NCBI GenBank assembly: GCA_041749335.1
Contig: JBGTBM010000009.1
Location: 64,179 to 128,178 of the forward strand
Length of the DNA stretch: 64,000 bases
DNA from: Patescibacteria group bacterium
GTDB taxonomy: Bacteria > Patescibacteriota > JABMPQ01
Reading direction: 5' to 3'
The position numbers and the translations under genes were made by a program. The notes beneath the pieces are model-generated. The model did not search any database and was not told the DNA's origin. It worked only from the letters and a program-made list of their open reading frames with translations. Within the stretch, counting starts at the first letter, position 1; every line of letters starts with the position of its first letter. Positions 47,681 through 59,081 of this stretch are shown piece after piece.

Positions 47681-49486
47681 TTATTTTTTTAGCATTTTCA
47701 AAAACGCCTCTTGAGGAATTTCAACATTGCCGACCTCTCTCATCTTTTTTTTGCCCTTCTTTTGTTTTTCTAATAATTTTCTTTTGCGAGTAACATCTCC
47801 GCCATATAGCTTTTCCGTTACATCCTTGCGAAATGCAGAAACATCTTCTCGCGCTAATATTTTTCCACCAATGGCTGCTTGTAAAGTAATTTTAAAATTT
47901 TGTCTCGGAATTATATCCTTCAGTCTTTTTACCATGGCTCTGCCTTCTTTAAATGCGACATCGGCTGGCACGATTCTAGAAAATGCTTCCACAATGTCCC
48001 CCGCCACCAATATATCCAGGCGCAATAAATCAGATACCTGAAATCCGATTATTTCATAATTCATTGAAGCGTATCCTGAAGTAATGCTTTTTAAATTATC
48101 ATAGAAATCAATTATTAATGATGCCAGAGGAGCTTCGTAATGTAGTATCACGCGAGAATTTTCAACTCCGGAAGAAATATATTCAGTATTTTTATAAACC
48201 CCACGATACTTCTGCATCAAATCCATTACTCCCCCAATATAATCAGCTGGCATAATAACATCTACTTTGGCCCAAGGTTCGCTCATTTGCTGGATTAAAC
48301 TTCTATCAGGCAATTCACTAGGCGTATAAATAGTGATTTGCTCATTATCTTTCAATAAAACTTTATATGATACCGATGGAGTGGTAATAATTAAATCTAA
48401 ATTATATTCCCTCTTTAACCTTTCTTGAACAATTTCAAGATGTAAAAGCCCTAAAAATCCCAATCTAAAACCTCTTCCCAGGGCTTTTGAGCTTTCAGGT
48501 TCATAAAATAAAGAGGCGTCATTTAATTTTAATTTATCCAGTCCGTCTTTTAATTCCATATATTCAGAAGCATCAACCGGATAAAAACTGGCATAAACCG
48601 AAGGCTTAATTTCCTTATAGCCCGGCAATGCATCTACTACATTCATACCGGCAATAGTATCCCCAACGCGGCATTGAGATACATCTTTATTGCCAGTCAC
48701 TATATAACCTACTTCTCCATTAAAAAGTTCGAGCCTGGATTCCATTTTAGGCCTATAAACTCCTAATTCCAATACTTCAATATTGTTACCGGAAGAAACA
48801 AATTTAACTTTATCGCCTACCTTAACTTGTCCGGAATAAATCCTAACATCCGCAACTACCCCCTTATATTCATCATAAAATGAATCAAATATTAATGATT
48901 TAAAATCATCCTGATTTACTTTCGGGCTTGGAACTTTTTTAATTATAGTAGTAAGAACATCTTTTATACCAATGCCTTTTTTTGCGCTTACTTTTAAAAT
49001 ATCATCCTCGCTACAACCCAGGGTATCAATAATTTCTCGAGTTACTTTTTTTAAATTGGCATTGGGCAAATCGATTTTATTTATTATCGGAATTATTTCT
49101 AATTCATGTTCTAGAGCCATATATAAATTTGCCAAGGTTTGCGCTTGAATCCCCTGGCTGGCATCGACCAACAATAACGCTCCTTCGCATGCAGCTAAAC
49201 TGCGAGAAACTTCATAAGTAAAATCCACATGTCCGGGAGTATCAATTAAATTTATAATATATTCTTCGTTATCATGCCGATAGCTCATAGTGACAGGCTG
49301 AAGTTTAATCGTGATACCGCGTTCTCTTTCCAGATCCATCTGATCAAGCAATTGTTCCTTCATTTCTCTTTTTTCAACCGTTCCGGTAAATTCTAAAAGT
49401 CGATCCGCTAATGTGGATTTGCCATGATCGATATGTGCAATAATGCAGAAATTTCTAATGTGTTCTAACTTTTCTCTATTAACCAT
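47681..49486 (-). CDS. lepA: Elongation factor 4 (LepA)
   Basis: 601 aa, IRNFCIIAHIDHGKSTLADRLLE...DTPGHVDF. Carries the LepA-specific C-terminal domain. Confidence 0.95.
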   Translation of the reverse strand: MVNREKLEHIRNFCIIAHIDHGKSTLADRLLEFTGTVEKREMKEQLLDQMDLERERGITIKLQPVTMSYRHDNEEYIINLIDTPGHVDFTYEVSRSLAACEGALLLVDASQGIQAQTLANLYMALEHELEIIPIINKIDLPNANLKKVTREIIDTLGCSEDDILKVSAKKGIGIKDVLTTIIKKVPSPKVNQDDFKSLIFDSFYDEYKGVVADVRIYSGQVKVGDKVKFVSSGNNIEVLELGVYRPKMESRLELFNGEVGYIVTGNKDVSQCRVGDTIAGMNVVDALPGYKEIKPSVYASFYPVDASEYMELKDGLDKLKLNDASLFYEPESSKALGRGFRLGFLGLLHLEIVQERLKREYNLDLIITTPSVSYKVLLKDNEQITIYTPSELPDRSLIQQMSEPWAKVDVIMPADYIGGVMDLMQKYRGVYKNTEYISSGVENSRVILHYEAPLASLIIDFYDNLKSITSGYASMNYEIIGFQVSDLLRLDILVAGDIVEAFSRIVPADVAFKEGRAMVKRLKDIIPRQNFKITLQAAIGGKILAREDVSAFRKDVTEKLYGGDVTRKRKLLEKQKKGKKKMREVGNVEIPQEAFLKMLKK

Positions 49487-49558
49487 ATTGAGCAGATTAT
49501 ACCAATAAAAATTATTATTTCAATAAAAAAAATTTTGGGAATATTTTTTTATCAGATT

Positions 49559-51127
49559 TTATTTTTTTGCTATTAATACATTTTTTATTTCACGAATATC
49601 ACTCATTCTAAAAAGATGTGCCATTAATAAATATATAAATATTCCCCCAAAAGCCGCAGCGCTGGCTTGAATAAAAATTCCCAGAAAAGTTTTCATATCA
49701 ACAATAGGAGCAACTATATTTAAGATCAGATAAATTATACTTCCCATAACAAGCGACATTATAACTATTTTTAAACTACACATAAAAATATATGAGTCAT
49801 TTAAATCTCCAACCTTTATTCTTAAGAATACTAATAGGAGCAATATATTTATAAAAGAGCTGATTGAAAAAGCCAAGGACAAACCAAGAATATCCATTTT
49901 GGCAAGCAAAAATAAACTTATAATAATATTGGCTATAACCGAAATTATACTAATTATTACTGGCGTTTTAGTGTCTTGGATGGAATAAAACGCGCGTGCC
50001 AAAAGAGGAATTAGGGCTTGAGCAAAAACCCCAATCGAAAAGTATCCCAATGACTGAGCGGTCAAATAAGTATCCTCCCAATCAAAGTTGCCAGTTCCAA
50101 AAACCAATCTGACAATTTGAGCTCTTTCAAATAATAATATTATTGATATGGGAATAACAAAAAATAATATTTTACAAAAAGTCTTCGAAAAATGTTCTTT
50201 AAACTTACTAATATTATTTTTTGAAAAAGCATCGGCCAAAAATGGAAAACTGGAAACTGCAAAGGCGATGCCAAAGATCCCCACGGGTAAACTTTGTAAA
50301 TTATTAGATAAATTAAATATTGATATGCCTCCTTCGCTAGCCATTGATGCCAATATTGTTATTACCCACAAATTAAGCTGAGTAACAGCCAATCCAATCG
50401 TTCTGGGTATCATTAATTTTACTATCTTTTTTACGCCTTGTTGATAAATACCAATGCGCAAAGAATATTTAAAGCCCGTTGATATTATTGCCGGTATTTG
50501 AATCAACATATGTAGTATTGATCCCAGCACGACCCCCATCGCTAAACCAAAGATACCAAAATTTTTCGTAAAAAATAAAGCTCCGAAAATAATTCCTATA
50601 TTGTAAAATATCGGAGCCAAAGAATATGCCAAAAATCTTTTATATGAATTTAAAATTCCTGAAAAAACATTACTTATTCCAAAGAATATGGGCGAAATCA
50701 ACATTATCCGGGTTAAAACTGAAGTTAATTCTCTTTGCTCTTGATTAAACCCGGGAGCTATCAGAAATATTAATCTTGCAATAAACAAAAAAAGTAATCC
50801 GCTGATAGCAACTAAAAGGATTACCGAAATATTTAGAATTGTGCTGGCTATCTGATTAGCTTCTTTTTTATCTTTATTGAGATATTCTATAAAAATTGGA
50901 ACAAACGCTGAAGACAAAGCGCCCAATACCAATAAATTAAATATTAAATCGGGCAGCCGGAAAGCCGCATAGTATGAATCTAGCATAGATGATGCGCCAA
51001 ATTGATCGGCAAATATTCGATCTCTAATCAATCCTAAAAATCTACTCAACAAAGAGGCTACTCCAATAATTACCGCTCCTGAAATAATTGTTGCGCGTTT
51101 TTTGTTTTTAAAAGTTCTAAACATCAA
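49559..51127 (-). CDS. murJ: Lipid II flippase MurJ/MviN
   Basis: 522 aa with about 14 TM helices. N-terminal LLSRFLGLIRDRIFADQFGAS matches the MurJ signature. Confidence 0.85.
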   Translation of the reverse strand: MMFRTFKNKKRATIISGAVIIGVASLLSRFLGLIRDRIFADQFGASSMLDSYYAAFRLPDLIFNLLVLGALSSAFVPIFIEYLNKDKKEANQIASTILNISVILLVAISGLLFLFIARLIFLIAPGFNQEQRELTSVLTRIMLISPIFFGISNVFSGILNSYKRFLAYSLAPIFYNIGIIFGALFFTKNFGIFGLAMGVVLGSILHMLIQIPAIISTGFKYSLRIGIYQQGVKKIVKLMIPRTIGLAVTQLNLWVITILASMASEGGISIFNLSNNLQSLPVGIFGIAFAVSSFPFLADAFSKNNISKFKEHFSKTFCKILFFVIPISIILLFERAQIVRLVFGTGNFDWEDTYLTAQSLGYFSIGVFAQALIPLLARAFYSIQDTKTPVIISIISVIANIIISLFLLAKMDILGLSLAFSISSFINILLLLVFLRIKVGDLNDSYIFMCSLKIVIMSLVMGSIIYLILNIVAPIVDMKTFLGIFIQASAAAFGGIFIYLLMAHLFRMSDIREIKNVLIAKK

Positions 51128-51130
51128 ATA

Positions 51131-53497
51131 TTAAAGATTAAAATTTTTATTCGCAAAAATTAGCCCCAAAACCTCATCCTTGTCCATATTGGAGCTGTAT
51201 TCCAGATTATTCGATTCAAAGCCGGTTGAATTATAAGTCCAAATGGTTTTCCATGCTTCAGGAATATTTAATTTTCCATAAAATTTTCTGTTTTCAGAGC
51301 CGGGTTGTCTTTGCAGAACCAAACTATAATTTTTTATCGGATTATTCTCGTCTAAATTAATTTTAAAAGGTAATTTATATTTGATTCTTGCCACTTTTTC
51401 ACTACCGACTTCTACCCCCATCCAATTTCCAAAAACTGTTTTTCCGTTTTCTTTGAAAATTCTCGTTTTAGAGTTTTCCAAAACATCCATATTTTCTTCT
51501 ATCTCTTTTATATCCTTATCAACGGTATAACCTTCTTCAGGGCTCATAAGAGCATCAAAAAACCAATCGTCGAACCCCTCTGCCTCAAGTAAAGTGCTAC
51601 CGAGAGGAACATAAAAACGAAGGAATGAAACATTTTTAACATCCTCAAATAATTTATTCACATCTCCCATATGTTTGCGTGAAATGGTTAAAGTATTAAT
51701 TACTGATCCATCTGACTTAATTTCAGTATTTAAATACGTATTTTGGTTTATAACATGATCTGTTTTCCCTCCGCCAATATTAGTGGATATTATATTGAGA
51801 TAATCTTTTTTGGTTTCAACAATTTCCCCGCCCCAACCAAATTCTTTAACAAACTTTTCTAAGCTAGGATCTTGAAAATATATCATAATATCTTTTTTCT
51901 CAAATGCTGTAATAAATAAATTTAATATTTCCGGCCATTTGTCCTTATCTATTTGTGAAAATTTATCAATTAATTTTGGAAACATATCCGCGATGAATTT
52001 TTTGGGCTCATTTAGCTCTTTATCGTATTCAAATTCTACATGCCTCTGTGTCTCTTCATAAAAATTTTCATAATTAATAATCTTTCCGTACTCGGGCATA
52101 TCAATCGGACCCACCAGCTTTAATAAATCATTAAATAAATTTGAAGTCACGGCAATTACCCCATCCGTTGTCGCTTGGCCTGATTTTTCATATAGCGATG
52201 ATATTTTTTTTGCGGATGTGGGGAAATCCGCGAACCAATTTGCATCTCTCATGTACAATCTGCTGACAATCAATCTCATCGGTTCGGGAGCAGCAATATT
52301 GTCAAAAAGCTGGCCATCTACATTGTAAGGTCCTTCAATCTTAATATTTTCAATTTTACCTTCATTTATGTCGAACTGCCCGTAAGTGCCAATAAATCCG
52401 CCGGTTGCTCTTAATTCGCGATTATTTTGGAATATGAACAAATATTTTTTTAAATTATCGTGCCCCAATAATTTCAATATCAAATCTGAAAATGATAAAT
52501 ATTTTTCAATCACATATCGAATTTGCGGTACTTGTTTTTTTATAGTAATTACTTGTTGAGCAATATCATTGGGTAATGATTTTACATTAACTTTATTCAA
52601 ATTCTCTTCAGCTAATATAATTTTTTCTAATGATTTTTCCAGATTGGCGTTGGTTATCAGCAAAGCATCAGTAAACGCGATTTCTCCATCCTCATTGCTT
52701 ACGGATGATAATTTCTCCTGTTCAAGAGCCTCAAATATTTTTCCTGTTTGATTAAAAGGCATAAGAGCATAAGCAATATATTCCGAGGCAACAGCAATAT
52801 TGCTTCCCGCCTCCAGTAAATAATCGGCCGAGGATACCTTTTTCCCCACTGGAAACAAAGATAAAGTGTCAATCATGCTTTTTCCAATAAACTCTAATTC
52901 TTGCTGCGCTGCTTCAAATCTTTCTGATGCAACACCAAATTTATATGAAGCTAAATCATAATCCTTTTGCATAATTGATTGTTGGCCGGAATCCATATAC
53001 TTATAGGCGATTTCAGCGCCACTTATAATTTTATCCTTCTTATTTAACAAGTCTCCCTGAAAATATGCCAAGCCCCTTATGGTTGATACTGAAAATAATG
53101 CAATAATTAAAAAGAAAGCTAGTGACCTGCTGAAAATTACTCCACCATATTTAGCCCTTGAGCCAATTTTAAAATTATTCAATCTCTTTAAAATTAGCTT
53201 TTTACTAATTATTTTTTTTAAATAAGGTATTATTTTTGAATTTCTGTTTTTATTTCTTAAAAAATTAACATCAATATTGTAATTTATATTTTCTGAAAAT
53301 TTTGTATCTTTATTGGCAATTAAAAAAATCTTATCCTTTCTTTTGATAATTTCCTTTGCTTTAAAATTGGGTTTAGATTTTTTAGAATTACTTAAAGGCT
53401 TGGATAATTTCCCGAAATCGGCGCTCCTCAAATCCACTATCTTTTTTTTATTAGCAGTTGAATGGTTGATATCAAGATATCTTTTTGTTTTTTTCAT
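51131..53497 (-). CDS. Large N-terminally anchored extracytoplasmic protein of unknown function (DUF4012-like), first gene after the polysaccharide locus
   Basis: 788 aa. Basic N-terminus, one TM at about aa 120-145, then a large soluble domain. Family assignment is tentative. Confidence 0.45.
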   Translation of the reverse strand: MKKTKRYLDINHSTANKKKIVDLRSADFGKLSKPLSNSKKSKPNFKAKEIIKRKDKIFLIANKDTKFSENINYNIDVNFLRNKNRNSKIIPYLKKIISKKLILKRLNNFKIGSRAKYGGVIFSRSLAFFLIIALFSVSTIRGLAYFQGDLLNKKDKIISGAEIAYKYMDSGQQSIMQKDYDLASYKFGVASERFEAAQQELEFIGKSMIDTLSLFPVGKKVSSADYLLEAGSNIAVASEYIAYALMPFNQTGKIFEALEQEKLSSVSNEDGEIAFTDALLITNANLEKSLEKIILAEENLNKVNVKSLPNDIAQQVITIKKQVPQIRYVIEKYLSFSDLILKLLGHDNLKKYLFIFQNNRELRATGGFIGTYGQFDINEGKIENIKIEGPYNVDGQLFDNIAAPEPMRLIVSRLYMRDANWFADFPTSAKKISSLYEKSGQATTDGVIAVTSNLFNDLLKLVGPIDMPEYGKIINYENFYEETQRHVEFEYDKELNEPKKFIADMFPKLIDKFSQIDKDKWPEILNLFITAFEKKDIMIYFQDPSLEKFVKEFGWGGEIVETKKDYLNIISTNIGGGKTDHVINQNTYLNTEIKSDGSVINTLTISRKHMGDVNKLFEDVKNVSFLRFYVPLGSTLLEAEGFDDWFFDALMSPEEGYTVDKDIKEIEENMDVLENSKTRIFKENGKTVFGNWMGVEVGSEKVARIKYKLPFKINLDENNPIKNYSLVLQRQPGSENRKFYGKLNIPEAWKTIWTYNSTGFESNNLEYSSNMDKDEVLGLIFANKNFNL

Positions 53498-53548
53498 GAT
53501 AATGACTATAGATTTATTATAGCTATAATCTATTTTAATGCAAAATTA

Positions 53549-54688
53549 TTATTTAATGCTCTTGTACACGGCTAGTGTTTCTTGCGCACACCTTTCCCAG
53601 CTATAACTTTTAATTTTTTCATACCCACTTTTTACTAAATCAGCTCGAAGCTCTTCACTATTCATCAATAAACTAATTTTATTTAGCATGTCTTGTTTGT
53701 CCTTGGGATTAAAATATTCAGATGCCTGGCCCAAAATTTCAGGCAGACAAGAACTGCTTGAAGACAGAACCGGCAACCCATAACTCATTGCTTCAAGAGG
53801 AGGCAAGCCAAAACCTTCAAATAATGACGGAAAAACATACAATCTAGCGCTTCGATATAAATCTGCCAATTGCTTCTCACTGGCAAAACCAAAAAATACA
53901 ACATCAGCGCTTTTTATCAAACCAATATTATCTGCATATTTTATTAATTTTTGATAAAAATAATCTCTTTTTCCCACTAAAACCAATTGAAATTCATGCT
54001 TAGTTTTCTCTGCATATTTCTTAAAAACATCCAATAATGCTTCAAGGTTTTTGTGGGGATAAGCATTTCCAACATACAAAATATAAGGCCTTGTTATTCC
54101 AAATTTCTTTAAAAAACTGCGGTCAGGTATCGTCAATTGCCCACTTTCTACTCCATCACAAGCTTCATAAGTAACAACCACTTTATCACTTTTTATTTTA
54201 AAATAATCCACTAGCTCCTGCTTTGTATAGTTTGAAACCGTTATTATTTTTTGTGCTTTTTTTACCGCATATTTTATTACTTGTTTATAACCCCAATATT
54301 TTATTTTGTATAAAATTGGATCTAGCGTAGTAGCTTTTTTGGTGGGATATTTAATCAAAATCAAATCATGAATTGTAACTACAAAATCTTTACGGAATAA
54401 AATAGGAATATTAAAGTGCGGAAAATGCATAAGATCAATTTGATATTTTTTAATAATTAAGGGCATAAATATCTGTTCTTTTAGCGTATACCAGCGATAA
54501 TCAGCCAATGCTTTTTTAAAATTACTATTGGCCGGCCGATAATCATTCCAATTTTCTTTCCTTAAAAATATTACATATTGATTAACTTTGTCGATTTCTT
54601 CTAAATTTTTTATTAATTTTTGAGTATATCTCCCCAAACCTTTTCCCAAAGGTCCGTAGAATCTAGCATCAATGCCAATTTTCAACAT
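53549..54688 (-). CDS. Glycosyltransferase family 4 (GT-B, retaining)
   Basis: C-terminal EGFGLPPLEAM (the E-x7-E motif). Confidence 0.8.
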   Translation of the reverse strand: MLKIGIDARFYGPLGKGLGRYTQKLIKNLEEIDKVNQYVIFLRKENWNDYRPANSNFKKALADYRWYTLKEQIFMPLIIKKYQIDLMHFPHFNIPILFRKDFVVTIHDLILIKYPTKKATTLDPILYKIKYWGYKQVIKYAVKKAQKIITVSNYTKQELVDYFKIKSDKVVVTYEACDGVESGQLTIPDRSFLKKFGITRPYILYVGNAYPHKNLEALLDVFKKYAEKTKHEFQLVLVGKRDYFYQKLIKYADNIGLIKSADVVFFGFASEKQLADLYRSARLYVFPSLFEGFGLPPLEAMSYGLPVLSSSSSCLPEILGQASEYFNPKDKQDMLNKISLLMNSEELRADLVKSGYEKIKSYSWERCAQETLAVYKSIK

Positions 54689-54690
54689 AA

Positions 54691-55833
54691 TTAGCTATTA
54701 TTTATATAATTAAAAAATTCCAGCGTTTTTCTTGCGCTCTTTTCCCAATAAAACTTTTCGACCTGTTCATTGCCAGATTTTATTAAATTTTCCCTTAAAT
54801 CATTATTTTCACAAATATTTAAAATCATTTTAAACAATTCCATCGTATTATATGGATCAACATATAAAGCCGCCTTTCCACAAATTTCAGGCAGTGATGA
54901 TACGGTCGAAGTGATAATGGGCGTTCCAGCTGCCATAGCTTCCAGGGGCGGAAAACCAAAACCTTCGTAAAAACTGGGAAATAAAAATATATCAGCCATC
55001 TGATATAAATATTTTTTTAATTTTTCATCGACAAATCCATATAATATAATATCTTTTTTATATTTAGATGCTTTTATTTTGTTGATAATTTTTTTACTCA
55101 ACCAGCCCTTGCTTCCGGCTAGCACTAATTTATAATTATTAATCTTATATTTCTTAAATTTTTCAAAAGCAGATATTATGTTAATAATGTTTTTTCTGGG
55201 CTCAAGTACGCCTAAATATAAAAAATATTTACTCGGCAGCTTAAATTTCTCCATTATTTTATTCTGCTCCATTTTATTAAAATAGCCGGACTTATCAATA
55301 CCCGAATGAATTACCTCAATTTTATCAGGATTAATATTAAATATTTCCACCAAATCATTTTTTGTTGATTTTGAAACCGCAATAATCCCGTCCGCCCGCT
55401 GAGCCAATCTTTTGGCATTTATTAATCTATGCCAAACCCTTCTTTTCCATGAATAATATTTGGGATGAGTGATAAAAGATAAATCGTGAAAAGTTAATAC
55501 ATTCTTACAATCATTTGACAAGGAATTAAATAAAATATTGGGTTGAAAAAAAATATCCACACCCTCGATCATCTTATCAATTTTTGGATACTTGAAATAA
55601 TTTAAAGAAAAATTTAAAACCTTATTGGGATAATTAAAGTTATAAATTTTTACATTTTGCTTTTTATCAAAATTTAATTCAGCTAAATTATTCTCCCTAA
55701 AAGAGTTATAAAAAAGCTTGTATTCATTTTTATTATCAAGCTTAAATAGAGATTCTAATAGATTAGTAATATAGCCTTCGACTCCACTCTTTCTATCAAT
55801 ATTCAAGGGCCTTATATCAATACCGATTTTCAT
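54691..55833 (-). CDS. Glycosyltransferase family 4
   Basis: EGFGFPPLEAMAAGTPIITS motif. Confidence 0.8.
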   Translation of the reverse strand: MKIGIDIRPLNIDRKSGVEGYITNLLESLFKLDNKNEYKLFYNSFRENNLAELNFDKKQNVKIYNFNYPNKVLNFSLNYFKYPKIDKMIEGVDIFFQPNILFNSLSNDCKNVLTFHDLSFITHPKYYSWKRRVWHRLINAKRLAQRADGIIAVSKSTKNDLVEIFNINPDKIEVIHSGIDKSGYFNKMEQNKIMEKFKLPSKYFLYLGVLEPRKNIINIISAFEKFKKYKINNYKLVLAGSKGWLSKKIINKIKASKYKKDIILYGFVDEKLKKYLYQMADIFLFPSFYEGFGFPPLEAMAAGTPIITSTVSSLPEICGKAALYVDPYNTMELFKMILNICENNDLRENLIKSGNEQVEKFYWEKSARKTLEFFNYINNS

Positions 55834-55872
55834 TTTTATGTAAAAAGATAAAAAACTAAAATTTGGCTAATT

Positions 55873-56490
55873 TTATTGATTTGATTCTTTAAAATATTCA
55901 AAGATAAAACTCAAACCAATCCCAATTAGTAGTCCAGATACTAGACCGATAATAGTTATTAATACCGGATCATATTTTTTTTCCGATATTATGGGGCTAG
56001 AGGCAATAATTTCAAAAGAGTTTTTATTATCTCCTGTTATTTCCACTTCGGAAACTTTATCCTTAACCACTTCAACCAACGATCCGGATAATTTTTCCGC
56101 CCTGCCCTTATCCGTTTGATCAAAAGCTACTTTTACCGAATGTGAAGAAATCTGTTTTGCTTTTATTTGCTGCACTAATTTATCTATTTCTTCCGGCTGC
56201 GGAGTCAATTCTGCACGATCATATATTTCATAAATAACATTGGGAGTTTCTAACCAACCGACTATGGTATTTCCTAATAATTCACTGGCCTGAATAGCAT
56301 AATAATTATCATATTGATAGTTTTTATTATCTTGTCGATTTACTTTGTGCACCGATAAAACTAACGTAGAATTATAAGCTGTCGCTTGAGTTAATGAGAA
56401 CACCAATGCCACCGCTCCACAAAATATTATACAAATATAAATATATATTTTATTTTTTTTAATCACATCAATATAATTTTTTAGTTTCAT
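55873..56490 (-). CDS. Wzz/YveK-like polysaccharide chain-length determinant (short PCP)
   Basis: 205 aa. Topology is TM, then an extracytoplasmic domain, then a second TM. Confidence 0.5.
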   Translation of the reverse strand: MKLKNYIDVIKKNKIYIYICIIFCGAVALVFSLTQATAYNSTLVLSVHKVNRQDNKNYQYDNYYAIQASELLGNTIVGWLETPNVIYEIYDRAELTPQPEEIDKLVQQIKAKQISSHSVKVAFDQTDKGRAEKLSGSLVEVVKDKVSEVEITGDNKNSFEIIASSPIISEKKYDPVLITIIGLVSGLLIGIGLSFIFEYFKESNQ

Positions 56491-56499
56491 TTTAGTTTA

Positions 56500-57612
56500 T
56501 TATTTGCTTTTTAAAATATGATTTTCATATGTATTTTCGACATAATCTTTGATTTTTTGTTTAAAAATATCAGTATCAAAAGATAAGGCATATTCTCTGA
56601 TTTTCATTGGATCATATTTGTCTGCCTTAAATTCCCTAATTGTATCAACTAAGCTCCATGGCGTCTGATCTTCAAAAAATTCACCCGTTATTTTTTCTTT
56701 AACAGTTTCCAATGCACCCCCTTTTTTATAAGCAATTACGGGCCGACCGGCTGCCATGGCCTCTACAGCCGCTATTCCAAAATCTTCTTCCTGGGGATGA
56801 ATCAACGCCCGGCATTTTGCCAAAAGCTCATTGCGCTCTTGATCGCTTACATATCCCAAAAATTCCACATTTTTATTAGCTAATTTCCTCAATTTTTTAT
56901 ACTCCTCGCCAGTACCAATCACCTTAAGCGGTAGTTCCAGAGCGTTAAAAGCTTCTATTGCCAAATCCACTCTCTTATAGGGTCTCAATCGACTAACTAT
57001 AATATAATAATCTTCAAGTTTATTTTCAGAAGCAATTTTAAATTTTTTGGTCTCGACCGGCGGATAGATAACGGTGCTTTGGCGATTATAATATTTTTTA
57101 ATTCTTTCTTTTACATTATTAGAGTTAGCAATAAAATTATCAACTCTTTCCGAAGCTAATTTATCCCATACTCTTATTTTGTTCAATATTAAAGGAAGTC
57201 CCTTTTTTATTACGCTGGGCTGTTTTAATTCTTCCGTATAGGCATGAGTATCGCTCCATAAATATCGGGTCGGAGAATGACAATAACAAATATGCAAAGT
57301 ATCCGGCTTGGTTATTACTCCCTTGGAATATGCAGAACAATCAGAAAGAACTACGTCATATTTTGATAAATCAAATTGTTCAATAGCTGCTGGCATCCAT
57401 GCCAAATACCATTTGTATCTTTTTGGACCACCTGGCAATCTTTGGATAAAAGATGTAGTAATGTCCATATCTTTAAAAGCATTACCCGTTTCCGTCTTAT
57501 CATGAGTAATAGTAAAAACAGGCGCCTTGGGATATAATTCATGAAATATCTCCAGCACCTTCTCTGCACCTCCTACTTGATTTAAGAAATCGTGAATTAG
57601 GGCTACTTTCAT
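56500..57612 (-). CDS. Glycosyltransferase family 4
   Basis: GIAAVEAMAAGRPVIAYKKGGALETV region in a GT-B C-domain. Confidence 0.8.
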   Translation of the reverse strand: MKVALIHDFLNQVGGAEKVLEIFHELYPKAPVFTITHDKTETGNAFKDMDITTSFIQRLPGGPKRYKWYLAWMPAAIEQFDLSKYDVVLSDCSAYSKGVITKPDTLHICYCHSPTRYLWSDTHAYTEELKQPSVIKKGLPLILNKIRVWDKLASERVDNFIANSNNVKERIKKYYNRQSTVIYPPVETKKFKIASENKLEDYYIIVSRLRPYKRVDLAIEAFNALELPLKVIGTGEEYKKLRKLANKNVEFLGYVSDQERNELLAKCRALIHPQEEDFGIAAVEAMAAGRPVIAYKKGGALETVKEKITGEFFEDQTPWSLVDTIREFKADKYDPMKIREYALSFDTDIFKQKIKDYVENTYENHILKSK

Positions 57613-57682
57613 TTTTTAAAAATAATATTAAGTAAGTATATTAAATATTTTATTTAATAACAATACCACAAAAAAATTAACA

Positions 57683-59062
57683 TTACGCCGCGCCTTTTCC
57701 GGAAAAAACTATTCTAACTGTTCGAAACAAAATTTGTAAATCAAGTTTTAAACTCCAATTCTCAATATAGTAAGTATCAAGCTTAACTTCCTCGTCAAAA
57801 GTAAGATCGGAAGCGCCACTTACTTGTGCCATACCGGACATTCCAGGCTTAATGGTTAAAACCTTTTTCTGATGCTTCTGATATTGCAAAACTTCTTCCG
57901 GTTCATGCGGCCTAGGGCCGATTAAACTCATATCGTCAGCAAGTACATTAAAAAGTTGCGGAAGTTCGTCAATCCTTGTTTTTCTCAAAATCTTGCCGAT
58001 GCGTGTAATACGAGGATCGTCTTTCATTTTAAATAACGGCCCTTTCCGCTCACTGAACTTTAGTAAATCTTTTTTCATAGCATGGGCATTTTTGACCATT
58101 GATCTAAACTTAAACATCTTAAATTCACCATCCCGGCCCACCCTAGTTAGCTTTACAAATACCGGCCCCCTGGAATCTATTTTTATAATTATGGCAACTA
58201 ACAAAAATAAAGGTAAAAGGAAAATTATACCAACGATTGATTCGAAAATATCAATCGTTCTTTTAATAATTTTTCCCCATCCGTCCAACGGAGTTCTTTT
58301 TAGCTCCACCATCGGTATTCCTGCTACCGCACGCACTTCAATATTGGTAGCTTGAGTACCAAATAAATCCGGAATATATTTTATGTCAATCCTTCGATCA
58401 TCAGCAAAATCAATTAAATCTAAAAATTTTTCCTTGGCAATCGAAGGATCCGTTTGAACTATTTCATCTATGCCATACCTTTTAGCAATCTTATCTAGCT
58501 TTTCAAAAGTTTCTTCATTGATATTTTCTATCTTGGCAACAATGGCATACCCCGACAAGGGCTGATTATAAGTTTGAATGATATTTTTTGCCGTCGATGT
58601 ATTTCCGATTAAAACAACACGATGGACTCCATATCCATATTTATATAATTTTCTTTGTATATATCTAATTAAAAATCTTCCGATAATTACCAAAAATATT
58701 GCCAAAATCCAGCTGGCAATAACTATAAAACGGGAAGAAAAGCTTTCCGCTCTCAAAAAAATATAAATAGTAATCCCGACAATTCCCGTAGAAACCCCGA
58801 CGAACGAACCATAGATATCATCAATTACTCGCCTTTTTTTAATATTATATAATCCCAGTAAGCTAAATATTATTAAAAATAACGGGGTAATTATTAATAA
58901 TAGAATAAGGAATTTTTTGAAAGGCAAATCAAAAAGAATCGGCCTTAATTCGACAACAGTGCCGGTAAATCTAATAAAATATGCCAAAATTGCTGCGCTT
59001 AAAATCATAATAAAATCCATCGGCAGCAACAACGCGGTAAATATTAATTCGGATTTTTTCAT
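57683..59062 (-). CDS. Polyprenyl-phosphate hexose-1-phosphate transferase (bacterial sugar transferase, WbaP/CpsE-like priming enzyme)
   Basis: Polytopic N-terminus. C-terminal catalytic domain with DELPQLFNVLADDMSLIGPRP. Start set at the second Met (MKKSELIF). The first Met at 59089 overlaps the 3' end of the RNase P RNA. Confidence 0.8.
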   Translation of the reverse strand: MKKSELIFTALLLPMDFIMILSAAILAYFIRFTGTVVELRPILFDLPFKKFLILLLIITPLFLIIFSLLGLYNIKKRRVIDDIYGSFVGVSTGIVGITIYIFLRAESFSSRFIVIASWILAIFLVIIGRFLIRYIQRKLYKYGYGVHRVVLIGNTSTAKNIIQTYNQPLSGYAIVAKIENINEETFEKLDKIAKRYGIDEIVQTDPSIAKEKFLDLIDFADDRRIDIKYIPDLFGTQATNIEVRAVAGIPMVELKRTPLDGWGKIIKRTIDIFESIVGIIFLLPLFLLVAIIIKIDSRGPVFVKLTRVGRDGEFKMFKFRSMVKNAHAMKKDLLKFSERKGPLFKMKDDPRITRIGKILRKTRIDELPQLFNVLADDMSLIGPRPHEPEEVLQYQKHQKKVLTIKPGMSGMAQVSGASDLTFDEEVKLDTYYIENWSLKLDLQILFRTVRIVFSGKGAA

Positions 59063-59081
59063 TTTATATTTTATTAACTTA

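Noticed and set aside
57351-57569. 72-aa minus-strand ORF nested in a different frame inside the GT4 gene 56500-57612
   Set aside because: It overlaps a strongly supported glycosyltransferase on the same strand in another frame. Arginine/leucine-rich low-complexity translation.
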